A DNA stretch of 62,200 nucleotides, filler included, from Basidioascus undulatus (Eukaryota), in NCBI GenBank assembly GCA_000826855.1. It is 5 parts of 5 records of this genome, joined end to end, with 100 filler letters (N's around TTAATTAATTAA, not from the genome) between each part and the next. Parts side by side here need not be neighbours in the genome. Positions count along the whole stretch, not along the records: positions 1 to 8,238 come from JTLS01001418.1; positions 8,339 to 16,571 come from JTLS01001419.1; 3 more parts are not named here. The stretch is one strand, 5' to 3'. The first letter of the stretch is position 1; each line of letters begins with the position of its first letter. The translations under genes and the position numbers were made by a program. Positions 1 to 11,884 of this stretch are shown here, piece by piece. The notes beneath the pieces are model-generated. The model ran no database searches. It was not told the origin of the DNA and saw nothing but the letters and a program-made list of their open reading frames with translations.

Positions 1-2097
1 GTCACATCACAGCCAAGTCACGTAAGGTCAGGTCACAACACATCTCTCTTCGCGAGCTGGCAGCAGAACCAGCCGAGCCCGCCGCGCCCGCCGCCGCGCA
101 TCAGCCGCCTCATCCCCGGCGAGGGCCCGATGCACGGCGGCGTCGAGGTCACCGTCCTCGGCGAGCACTTCGTTGACGGCCTCACGGTCGTGTTCGGCGA
201 CAGCCCCGCGACGAGCACGACGCTCTGGAGCCCCAACACCCTCGTCTGCCTCCTCCCGCCCAGCCCCAGCCCCGGACCGGTCGTCGTCACGTTCAAGGGC
301 ACGGGGTTCAACCTGGAGGCGTCCAGCCTGCAACTATTCACATACCTTGACGAGACGGACCGGGCGTTGGTGCGTCATTCGCTTTCTCTTCGGTTACCTC
401 CACGCCGTTGTTAAACTGACCCTTCTCACTCTTGTCTCTTGCAGATGGAGCTCGCGCTGCAAGTGGTCGGGCTGAAGATGACGGGCCGCATCGAGGACGC
501 CAAGAACATCGCGATGCGCATCGTTGGCTCGAGCGCGCACTCGTCGCTCGAGTCAGGCAGCGGCAGCAGCGCCGGCGGCAACACGCTCGCGGACCAGCAG
601 CGCCGCGCCGCGCTCGCCGAGCACCTCCTCGCCGGCGCGCGCAACTCCGCGTCGCGCGACTTCCAGGGCGCAATTGTCAAGTCGATCGAGCTGCTCGATG
701 TCGAGCTACAGGAGATGCCGGGCTCGGCGCCTGTCGAGGAGGTCATCTCGCAGCCGAACAAGCAGGGCCAGACTCTTCGTCCGTTGCTGGATTTCCTGTT
801 GCCCAACTCCGTGTTTTTGGCTTACTCAGATTGTCCCTGCAGTCCACCTCGCCGCCATTCTCGGCTTCCACAAGCTCGTCTCGGTCCTGCTCGCCCGCGG
901 CGTCGACATCGACAAGCGCGATGCCAGCGGCTTCACGGCGCTGCATTTCGCCGGCCTCCACGGCCGCGTCGCTGTCGCGCGCCTGCTCCTCGAGGCGGGC
1001 GCGGACCAGTGCATCGTGAACTGCCTTGGCCAGAGCGCGCTTGAAGTCGCCCGTCTCCGCGACCAAGTCGACGTCGCCGAGCTGCTCTCCGCGCCGCCTC
1101 TGACGTCCAGCTCGAGCGAGGCGACCATCACCCAGTCGCCGCAGCCCGTGCAGGCCGACATCGGCGTCCCGACCGACAAGGCGTCGATCGACGCGGACAA
1201 CCCGAGCTCGAACGAGGACGAGTACTACCCGCCTGCGCGCGCGGCCAGCGACGAGGAGACGGCCGCTTCTCAGCCGCTCTCGCGCTCGACGTCCGGCTGC
1301 CGCACGCCCCGCAGCGTCTCCCGCCGCTCGTCCAACAGCCACCTCCGCCGCGGCAAGCGCGATTCGGCGAGGGCCTCGACGTCGGACGCGTCGTCGCCCC
1401 CGCCGTACGAGGAGAAGAAGGCGCCCCAGTCGACGCGCGCACCACCAGCATGGCTGCAGCGCACGCTCTCGCAGATCCAGGCCCAGGCGCCCGCGCTCCG
1501 CCTCCCGACGCCCAGCCTTCCCTTGCCCAACATCCCGCTTCCCGGCTTCGCGGGCGGCTTCGGCCGCGGCGAGAAGCCCGTGACGGCGGACGGGGAGCAG
1601 GCGGACGAGGCCGTCGGATGGCAGGAAGACCTCATCCGGCACTTGCAGCACCTGCACGGCTTGCTCTTCCTCTACAACCAACAGCAGCAGCAGCAGCAGC
1701 AGCTGCCCGCGCCCGCCGAATCGTCGTCCGTTCCTGTCTCGACGTCCCGGCGCGAGGGGTCCAGCGTGCGTTCACGGATTTCGAAGCGCGCGTCGGCGGT
1801 GTACGACGCGGCCGTCGAAGACGCTGATGCTGTGGGTGGGGTCGCGCCGGTCCGCCGGGCGCGCCGCCGTTCGTCGACGAAGTGTGAGTTCATTTTGTCC
1901 GGTTCCCGTTCCGTCCTCCCAACGAGATGCTGACTTCAGACACATCTACAGCCATCTGCGGTGATGTCATGCTTCTCTTCTTCTGGGCTCCCATCCTTGC
2001 TCTCTCCCTGTTCTTCTCCTTCTTCTCCTTTATCCCCTTCGTCAACCGGCTCGGCCAGCTCGCGCCTCTCCTCGGCCTCCCTATTCCCGGGCAATGA
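1..2097 (+). CDS. Spt23/Mga2-like membrane-bound transcription factor (IPT/TIG + ankyrin repeats + C-terminal TM), 5' part outside window
   Basis: IPT signature 'RLIPGEGPMHGGVEVTVLG...WSPNTLVCLLPP...FTY.DETDRALMELALQVVG'. Ankyrin repeats 'GQTLLHLAAILG' and 'GFTALHFAGLHG'. Last exon 'DVMLLFFWAPILALSLFF'. Introns 370-444, 779-842, 1884-1951; stop TGA 2095-2097. Confidence 0.9.
1679..1702 (+). repeat. CAA(CAG)7 microsatellite encoding polyQ
   Basis: Directly visible; in frame in the Spt23/Mga2-like exon. Confidence 0.9.
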
Positions 2098-4855
2098 TTC
2101 ATTCTCTAACATTCTCTCCCTCTCCGTTCGCAATTTGTGTACCCCTTGTGTTTCTGCACCCCTCCGAGACGGTAGTTCGTGTTTCCCTTATGGGCTTCCG
2201 CCGCAAACGGTAGTCCTCCCCTGTTCCCTATTTCCGTTTTCGTACCACATACCACCCCGTCACGTCACGACCCTTTCGCAATACCGTTCCGCTACAATTT
2301 GGTTGTCATTCAGTAGTTTTCATACCATCACTCTCTGTCGTTCCCTCTCTTTTGTGCTACGTTGTTTTCGGCCGATCTACGTCTTGCCTGCCGCATCATG
2401 TATCGTCCTATTGGTGCACTTCGAGGGCATGTTCTGATGCAGCCTGGACAGGAAGAACGAGAGCTGAACAAGTCGACCGCAGGCTCATGCCAGAGGGACA
2501 TTGGCAGAGGAGCGTTGTCCGACTTCGTCGTCGCGGCTTTGGACCTCGACGCTGTCCAGTCGAATCTGATATTGATGGGCGGTCTTGCTTGCTATGACAG
2601 TGTTCACAGATGCTGTCGGATAATGTGACCACACTTGTAAAGGCGGACTGCTGATGGGAAAGCATTCGTCGCTTGTTCGCTGCATCTGGCTGTTGCTGGC
2701 TCGAGGGTTCAAGCCATCGCGACCTAACTGGACGAATGAGCCACTGTCGAAATACGCGCTTTTCAAGCAGGCCGGGTGGGGCGGTTATCATTCTTTCGGT
2801 CAAGATGAGTGAACGATGGACGAGTCTGTCCTATCCTCGCTCGTCCGCACAGACCAGGCTCACGCAGGCCACAAATCCACCTCGGGATCGCCATAAATGC
2901 TTAGTAATTAAAGTATAGCCGGGACCGGGTTTTATGTCCAAAAGAGGCGCCAGTTCGCACAGCAACGACGGTCAGTCGGTCAGTCGACTGCCCCCGCGTT
3001 TCACATGTCCGCGGTCGCCACTCGCCTCTCTCCCACTGACCACCACCTGCTTCTGCAAGTGGTTGCCCTCCTTTTGATAAACCAACCTGCCCTTCTTTCT
3101 CCCCATGTTCCGGACCTACTGGCGCATAGTAGTCCTCGATCCTTCCGCACGTACCCTCCCCCTGCTTTTCTCTGGGCTCCGGCGAGCGGCGTGCGGCACT
3201 CGGGTTCAGCGTGGGCGCAGGAGCCTGGTGCGTGGGGGTTCGATAGCGCCTGTACCCCGCCGTATAAGGGTGTACATGCCCAGGACCCTTCGTGAATACA
3301 AGTCCCCCAGTGCAATGTCCTCCACAGGACGTGCTAGCCTTGATGTGTGACATGTCTTCTTCTCGACCCAAAAGCCCTCGTACCCGCTTGACGGGCAATT
3401 TGTAGTTATCTATCTCCGACTGAATGTACAACTGTAGGAGATGCTCGAGGCCTATGCATGGAGGATGAAGCGGGCAGGGGGATGGGAAGATGGGGAGGGG
3501 CCCGCGAGGGGGACGAGGAGGGCCTGCTGGTCGCGCTGCGCGCCGCTGTCGCAGGTCGTGTGCGCTGGTTGACCGCTCCCCCAACCCCTGAAAGAGCAAA
3601 CCTCAAGCTTCTGGGTGTCCCAAAAGGGAGGAGACTGCCAATGTACACTCAATTCGACCTTGCATCAAGCACCCGACACCACGAGCACGATGCTGGCTCG
3701 ATTTTTCCGCGGATCCTCAGCTGCAGTGCGCGTCCGCTTTCAGGCGCGTCCCACCCTTTGCAGGAGGCATCTCTGGACTTCTGTGCAGACCTTTTCAACC
3801 GGAAGTACCTCCTTTGCCGCAACTTGTCCTGTTCCATTGCCGCGACGACGTCTTTGCGTCTAGTCCGGCACACAGCCGCACTCAGCCAGCACCGCATGCA
3901 CCGCGTAGCCTGAAGTGCCTCGCCCTGTGGCGGTCTCTGTTGCGAATGCGGCCATAGAAAATCTTCATAGATCGAGCGTTTACAAGCATAAACTGCGGAC
4001 GCTATTGGACGAGTATGGATCTTGCGCAGGGCGCTCGCTGTGACTGCAATATTTTCCATTGCGCGCGCCCAGGTCGCAATCAAATCGAACTTGTCTTCCG
4101 TTTGAGTGCGCGTATTATTGAGTGCTCTATAAGATCTAATAATCTATATAAAGGGCTGCCCGTCTATCATCGCTGTATGTCGGTGGAGAATACCTCCGCC
4201 ACGGCGGTTGTCCAGACGAGTAAGGCCCGACGCACTGACCGGGCGAAAGGCGGTGCTCTGGACATCATATTTCTCAATCCTCGCACCTTTTCCCATTCCA
4301 GTCCTGTAGCTGGAACGGCAGGGCATGCACCTGCATAGCTACTACTCGCGTTCAGACACCGGGATGGGGATCCCAGCAGAACTTCTGACATGCCGCAGCG
4401 CGCCGGCAACGTGCGATAGCTGCTCAGATTTACGAGTGCTCGAAGCCTGTGACTGTCCAGCCTCTATGTACCTCTTCTCCTCTTCTCCGACCTTTCATAT
4501 GCTTCAATCTCTTACAGTATCGCCATTTGCAAAACCCGAAATGTGGTCGATCAAGGTGAAGCTCACATGGCGCCCTATCCAGCCGGCCGAATGTCGTGAA
4601 AGAGATATATTGGCCTCCTTACTCCTGGTAGGAGAGAAAACAGATAAATCGTTGTTCTGCAGCAGGAACTCGATGGTAACAATCAGAAAAGCGCCCAAGT
4701 GCGATAAGGCACGACTGTGTCAGATGACGCACATGTCCGACCCAGACGCGGCATTGAGCTGACAGCCGGGACAAGGATTGGAACAACACGAGCGTCCCTC
4801 TCGTCCCTTCCTCCACCTTCTTCTATCTCCACCCCCATCTCACTCCAGCATCATA

Positions 4856-6622
4856 ATGGCACTCCAGCGTTCGTTCAAACTCTCCACGGGGGCCCGCATT
4901 CCCGCGCTAGGGCTCGGGTATGTGCGCTTGTGTCGACTTCGTCGAGATCACGCACGGCTCATTGGATGCCGTTCGGCAGCACCTGGAAAGCTGCGGTGGG
5001 CAAGGTTGGGGCTGCTGTATCGCACGCTCTCAAAGTGAGTGAAGAGGACCTGTTTTCAAAGACTGCCCTCCTATACATTCTGAAGTCGCACTTGCAGGTC
5101 GGTTACCGGCACATAGATTGCGCGTTTGCCGTGAGATTCACATACAAAGCCGCGCGCTGCAGAGCCCTAGCCAGGTAACAGAGTGTTATTTCCTATTTTA
5201 CAGTACACGAATGAGCACGAAGTGGGAGAGGCTATTCGTAGCAACAAGGTTGACCGGAAGGTACGTGGTCGCGGGCCCGATCACTGCGTGTTATGGCCTC
5301 TCTCAATCGGCCTTTACACAGGACATCTGGATTACATCAAAAGTACGTGACACTTTGGACGAGTCTATCGGTAACATGCCTGACGTGTTCCCGGCAGCTC
5401 TGGAACTCCTTCCATCATCCTACCCACGTCGAGCGCGCAGTGGATTTCACCCTCAAAGACCTCGGAACGGATTACTTAGATCTATATTTGATCCATTGGT
5501 AGGTATTGTGGGGCCATTAATATCTTGCTGGATCAGCGCCTGAATTCGCAATGCAGGCCGGTCGCCTTCTCGAACCCCGAGGGCAAGCGCGACAAAATGC
5601 CGCTCACCAAGCCGGACGGGCTGCCCGTGCTGGACGATGGTCTCACGCAAGACGTCCTCCCGGTACTTCAAATTTTGATCTGCTATGTCCTTCTCATGCT
5701 AACGTCCCATCGACAGACGTGGGAAGCGATGGAGAAGTTGGTGGCATCGGGGAAGGTCAGGCATATTGGTATTAACTTCATCTTCCTCGTCGGTCTCTCT
5801 GGTTTTTCACGTTATCCTACAGGTCTCAGCAACTTCACGGCAAGACGAGCAGCGGACTTGGTCAAGCGAGCCAAGATTCAGCCGGAGGTCAACCAAGTGC
5901 GATTTCCTCGTTATCCGACAGAAGGCGTCCGCTGATGCCGCGCCGCAGGTCGAGTTGAACTACCACTTGCCTCAGATCGACCTTGTCAACGTACGTACAT
6001 ATTCAAAGTCCTGAAATTTCTCTCATTGTTCCCTGACGGGCGTGTGTCAGTCTAGTGGAGCAAAGAGAACAAGCTCCTGCTCGAAGCTTACTCTCCGCTC
6101 GGCGGCAACACCACCGTAGACGTGAGCCCAATGCAGTCTGATAAGCAGAGATTTCAATTAAACGAACGATTTGTACTTTTCAGGAGATGCTCAAGGAGCC
6201 TGTTGTCCTCGAGATCGCCGTTAAGAACAACACGACTCCGGCGCAGGTCCTGATCAGGTACGCCGTCAGCTTCAGATTTCAACGGGATACATCGACTGAT
6301 CTGAATCTTTCACTCTAGTTGGCAAATCCAACGCGGTGTGAGTTCACGTCGTTTATGCGCAAGATTTCCACCCCGGGACTGAACTCCCCAAACTCTAGAA
6401 CGTCGTTCTACCAAAGAGTGTTACACCGGAACGCATCGAGTCGAACTTCCATGGTACATTTAACTAGATAGCTTTTCATCCAAGGTCCGTAACTCACAAT
6501 CCGGTCCCACAGACATCCAACTTCCAAAGGAGGACGTGCATGAGCTTGAGATACAGGCTGCGAGCGTCCGCCAGCGCCGCACTGTCTCGCCGAACTGGGG
6601 CGTGCGCATCTTCGACGACTGA
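4856..6622 (+). CDS. Aldo/keto reductase (AKR1/Gcy1-like), about 15 exons
   Basis: Spliced reading: [25 protein letters not shown]...|[19 protein letters not shown]...|DIWITSK|LWNSFH...[11 protein letters not shown]...|G|LSNF...|EAYSPLG...|[16 protein letters not shown]...[10 protein letters not shown]. The Asp/Tyr/Lys/His tetrad is present. Confidence 0.93.
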
Positions 6623-7583
6623 GGCGCTCCATGAATTTTGCTCAGTAATGTAACAGCTGAGTTTTGAGGCATGGAGTAATATGACACGCACTGCTATCGT
6701 TGTTGCCTTGGCGACGTCCTCAGGCCACTAAACGTAGTGCACTTGTTCTGTACCGCCGTCCTGAAGCTTGTGAAATCTTGCCCTTCCCCTAACGAATGCG
6801 ATACCAGCACGAAAAGGTGTAGGTGTTGGCTATGTCGACCCTTGACGATATGGGAAGCGGCAGGTTGTCGATGAGTGCAAGCCTAGCGACGCGAGCTACT
6901 GAGGGCGGAGTGCTGATACTGGGGTGACTGTACCATAGTTGAAACAGAGAGTTTTACAGCTAGTTGTCAGCTTCAAGAGTCGAAGAAGCAGTGTGTGTAC
7001 GACATCAAGCTTGCTTTGGGTCGCACTCGCGGTCTGTGTTCACCGTAATCCGCCCAGGCCAGCGGACTGCGATTTCTAGCTGTATAGAGCATGGCCTTTA
7101 TCCGCACTCACCGAAGCAGGTAAAGGTGATGAATGTGATGTAACCATGGCTGAGGCAAGATGACCAAATAAGAGGTGAGGGAGAGCAAATCCGAGAGAAC
7201 CAAGAGTGCTTGTTCGTTGGTATCAAGTTCCAGGCCAAGCTGTGGGGACTTTTCCTCAGCCAAGACCCCCATGGAAGAATGCTGTCGGTCAGAGCTCAGG
7301 AATCTGGGCTGCGAGATATGAGGCTGCAGTGGCACTCGATGCAAAGACGGCAGTCGAGGATCGAAAAAAGACATGCGTTCATAAAGGCTCGACAGCGATA
7401 CATGCTGGAGCGATAGACAAGTGCAAAGTCAAAGGGGTGTAATGAGAGTTGGTCGATTATTCATATCAAAAGGAATAAAGGAAAGAAGCGGAAGAGGGAG
7501 CTACTCTGCAAAAAAATGGTAGACGGTCAGCGATGTCCCTCTCAGCAGTGTGCGCTACCGGAAGTGGTGGACGAACCTTGCGC

Positions 7584-8204
7584 TTAGTCGTTGTGCTTGC
7601 CGTGCTTCTTGTGGCCGGATTCAATGTGGTCGTTCTCGAACTCAGACAGCGTGATGAAGGCGTCGACCTGCGAGGGTGTCGTGTCGCTCAGTGGCTGCGC
7701 GTGCACAACTCCCGAGAGACAACGGCAGAGGACTCACGTTGACTTTGTTCCTCAAATTGATGGGCTTCGGGCGCTCTTTCTCAGTGAGGGAGCGGGCGAC
7801 ATTCTTGCGCTTGGGAGCCTTGCCCTTGTTCTCGTCGTCGCTCTCGTCGCTCTCGTCTTGGCTATTGTCAGAGTCGCTGTCGTACTTCTCCTTGTGCTGC
7901 TTGACCTTGGAGTCCTTGGGGGCAGCACGACGGCCGAGAGAGCGCTTGCCGTGCTTCTTGTGGCCGGACTCAATGTGGTCGTTCTCGAACTCGGAGAGAG
8001 TCACGAAGGCTTCAAGCTGTAGGCCAAGATGTTTGTCAGCGGCTGCGTACAGAGAAATAACACAGGGGGGCAGCGCACATCGACTCGGTTGACGATATTG
8101 ATGGGCTTCGCCTTCTGCTCCTCGCTGTCGCTCTCATCCTTACGAGCCTTGACCTTGGCCATCTCATCGTCGCTCTCGTCGCTGTCGTACTCGTGCTTCT
8201 TCTC
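7584..8204 (-). CDS. 3' end of an internally repetitive, charged protein with dibasic (KR/RR) sites; 5' part lost at the gap
   Basis: Exons 8204-8079, 8016-7738, 7667-7584 with GT-AG phase-0 introns. They encode ...KPINIVNRVD|LEAFVTLSEFENDHIESGHKKHGKRSLGRR...KPINLRNKVN|VDAFITLSEFENDHIESGHKKHGKHND*. Confidence 0.8.
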
Positions 8205-8238
8205 CTATTGGGAAGGGGGTCAGGGTGATACCTCAAGG

Positions 8239-8338
8239 NNNNNNNNNNNNNNNNNNNNNNNNNNNNNNNNNNNNNNNNNNNNTTAATTAATTAANNNNNN
8301 NNNNNNNNNNNNNNNNNNNNNNNNNNNNNNNNNNNNNN
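8239..8338. other. Artificial contig spacer (44N-TTAATTAATTAA-44N)
   Basis: Identical spacer with stops in all six frames occurs four times. Confidence 0.97.
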
Positions 8339-10950
8339 AGCTCAACCGCGACATGCAGGGTGCTTTATCTCCTCCTACCCTTTTCTCTTCCTCTGCCGGA
8401 CATTATTCCCCGTGCCGTGACCTCCCACGCGGTGCGGATTGCTAAAGCCGGCAAAACGAACGTCTTTCGGTGGCGTAGTGCAGATGCTGTCTTTCCCTGT
8501 TGTATTGCCGGGTAGGACGTTTCTCACTTCGGGCTACACTCTGTTTGGGGGCGATCATACAATGAATGACCGTCTGTCGCTTTGAGTGGGAAGAGTCCGT
8601 CGCCCAACGTCCCCTGTGGCCACAATCGTGGTCGAGATGTTCGGTCAGGGGGACGGGGATGGGGATGGGGAAGGTGACTGATGGGAAGGAACGACCGGTG
8701 AAAGAAGTCTCTAGGTACCATCGTGAGAAGGAGGACGGCAATTGCCCCTCGGTACACCTACAGATTCCAGCGGCAATTTCGGAGTGGCGACAACGCGGCG
8801 GAGGACCCCTCAGGAGGTACCATTGCGCAGAAGGAGCTGGCACTCCGAAAATGCAAATGCCTCTCATCACCTCGACCTCAATCCTCATCTGATCTCACCC
8901 AATAAGACTGCTCAGTCTACCCTGCGACCTGCTCGGGGCCATCACATGCGACGGTAGTCTACGTGATAGAAAGCTGCGCACGGCCGACACGACTGACAGT
9001 CTGCCGAGACACCGCAAGCAGAAGCACTTAACGCTCGCAAGCGAGGGTTCATGTTCAAGGCATCAACCCGACTTGGCGGTTTGGATATTGAGATAACTTA
9101 GCTTGGGTGGACGCGACCGCGGAAGGCTTGCTCACCGCGCTCCGTCACGCAGGGCGCACATACGCACGTCGCTGTACTTGGCATTACTGCAGTTGATCTC
9201 TCTTACACCTATATAATATCTTGGGGGTAAATTAATTAAGTAAACACTCGTTCTAATTACTGTTTGGGCTGCATAGTCTTGCATACGAGGGTGAAAGCGA
9301 GACGATGACTTTGACAGTCGTGCGACCCAACCCCACCCGCACCATCGCCAGCACCCTCCAAACAACCCTCGCAGGCGACGGGTGAGCTCCTTGGCCCTTC
9401 CGATGATCGCTTTTTTTAAGAAGAACGGCAGTCGTGACGGCGGCGGATTTTGGAAGAGATGCTGGATGGGGCGGCAGCTATGGCAGAAGCAGTGTCAGTC
9501 ACGAAGCTAGAAGGGAGCATAGAACTGAGCGCATTGATTAAGCAGCATTGGAACGACTCACTCTGTGCGCGTCTAAGGGCGGTAAGGACTTGCTGTATGA
9601 CCTGCTCTTCGCTGACCCCACGCTTTTGAGCTTGCTCGGCCGCAAAAGCTTCACGACGGATGTAGAGGTCTGGGAGCGCTCCATTCAATATAAGCCATGC
9701 TGGTAGTAAGGAAAACGATGCACTCTCCAACCCAGTTGTACAGTCTGACGAGGTGAAAGTAGGTGGAGTCGACGTGCTCCTCAAGCCTCGTAAGCATCTC
9801 ATCTATACGCGAGCGTCGATTTCGCGACGCTTCCAAGCGTCCAGGAAACGTACGCGCTGAGCCTCAAGCGCGTCGAGGGAGCCCAAAGCCGAGTCTGCAT
9901 CATGCTTGGACTGCTTGTAATCCATGGCTCGGTAGCGCTCTTCGTCTTCGAGTGTCCAGACGGACGGACAAGGTACGGGGCGCGAAGAACCGTGGCCTTG
10001 GCAGCCTTGTTCGCATCGCCCTTGGGAGACGGCGCCGAGGATATGGAGCTGTCGATCTGGTAGAGAGTAGTGTAGGGAGTGGATAGAGGAGTGATGTACA
10101 GCATGTTTGAGCAAAAACGGTCGGGGATGAAAATGGACATGCAGCAAGAAGAGGCAAAAGGCCAACCGCAGCGCTATGCCTGTTCATTCCTATGCCCCCA
10201 GGCCATTCCAAGCGGTTTATTGCAGACGCTCTCAGGCATGCCGGAGCATGTGACAAAGGGTACTTTGGGCCATTCTCAGGCCGTTCTTTGGCTTCCGCTC
10301 TTCCCCATCTCGCCCGCCCACCATGTTGAGGCATGCCTGGGCATGTAAAGCTAACCCTGGCTAGGGCGAGGGACGCAACCTCCGAGACATCTCAACATTC
10401 TAGAATATTGTCGTTTGAGGGCAGGCAGGAGAAGACAGAGACGCAGAAACGACGCAGAGGAGAATCGCGGTAACATTCCGCCATCTCGTCTGGCGTCGCT
10501 TCTCGCTTCGACTCTCTCGACACGTCCACATTGTGGACCGCAACTACTTCAAAGTTCTCCCTCGGGCTTGAGAAACTGACAGGGGGCTTACTCGGATGGG
10601 CGAGCTCGGGTAGACCCAAAGCCGCGCAGCCCAAAATGCGAGTCAACTTCGATTGAGGCCCCTGCGATTCGGGGGTGCCGCCGGGCACTCGCCACCTTCC
10701 AAGTATTTTGTATACTCAGGCACGATAAAATGATTCCTCGAAGTTGAATCCACCCGACGGGGCTGGTTGGCTCGTTGCCTTTTCAACTTATTGCCGGGCG
10801 CAGACTCGGTTCCGTCGATGTGACTCGAGCCTGTCAGCTCATACTTCTCTCGCCTTGTGTCTGTCTTTTGTCTCTCTTGCGGCCCGGGGTCCACAATGCC
10901 CAAATCGCTGGGTAAGTCCTACATCAGCTTTTTATCCACAGTTGGCTGTC

Positions 10951-11884
10951 ATGGTGTGTCCAGTCTTCGTCACCGGCAATGCCAACAAGCTGCGCGAGGT
11001 GCGCGCCATCCTCGCCTCCGGCGGAGTGCCCCTTCAGCTCGAGTCTCGGGCGCTGGACCGTGCGTGTTTTTCTTGTTCTTTGGCCTTTTGACTTCTGCAG
11101 TGCAACTTGGAATATTGTACTAACTATGACGGGGTTGGACAGTTCCCGAGATACAGGGCTCGACGCAGGAAGTCGCACTGGAGAAGGTGAAGGAGGCAGC
11201 TAGGATAGTGCGTCTTCCTTTCACTCCTTCTTGCTTCAGTGGGAAGAGCATGCTGAGAATGGGAATCACGGGACTTAGATAAACGGCCCGGTCATCATTG
11301 AGGACACGGCCCTCTGCTTCCGCGCGATGTCCGACCTGCCAGGCCCTTACATCAAGTGGTTCCTCCAAAAGCTGGGTCATGACGGTGCGCCCCTTCTTTG
11401 TTCCCTTCATCCCTCCCCTTTTCATTTTAGTATTCGCCTCTTCTGACTCGAGCTTGGTTCCCACTGCATACCCAAACAGGCCTCAACAAGATGCTTTTCG
11501 GCTTCTCCGACCACCGTGCTTACGCGCTTTGCACCTTCGCATACTCCGCCGGGCCAGGTGCCGAGCCCCTCCTTTTCGAGGGACGCACTGAGGGGAAAAT
11601 TGTCCCTCCGCGCGGACCGACGGACTTCGGGTGGACTGCTATCTTCGAGCCGGAAGAGGGGGATGGGAAGACGTGAGCTTTTTGCTATTTTCCGTGGTGG
11701 GAAAGTTGAGACTGACATAGGAACGGGATGGGGGAAAAGCTATGCGGAGTTGAAGGCGGAGGATAAGAACAAGATTAGCCATAGGTATAGGGCGCTGGAG
11801 AAGCTGAGAAAATATTTGGACGAGCACCCGCCGAGCTCGCGAGGGGATTGGAGGGATAGGGAGACAGCGCAATCTAGGACTTAA
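10951..11884 (+). CDS. HAM1: Inosine triphosphate pyrophosphatase (ITPA/Ham1), 5 exons
   Basis: [26 protein letters not shown]...[37 protein letters not shown]. Confidence 0.95.

Noticed and set aside
9416..10165. Minus-strand protein-like fragments (TLEDEERYRAMDYK..., EMLTRLEEHVDSTYFHLVRLYNW, DLYIRREAFAAEQAQ...) with splice-like sites
   Set aside because: I could not join them into a consistent frame or recognise a family. Possibly an orphan gene or relic.
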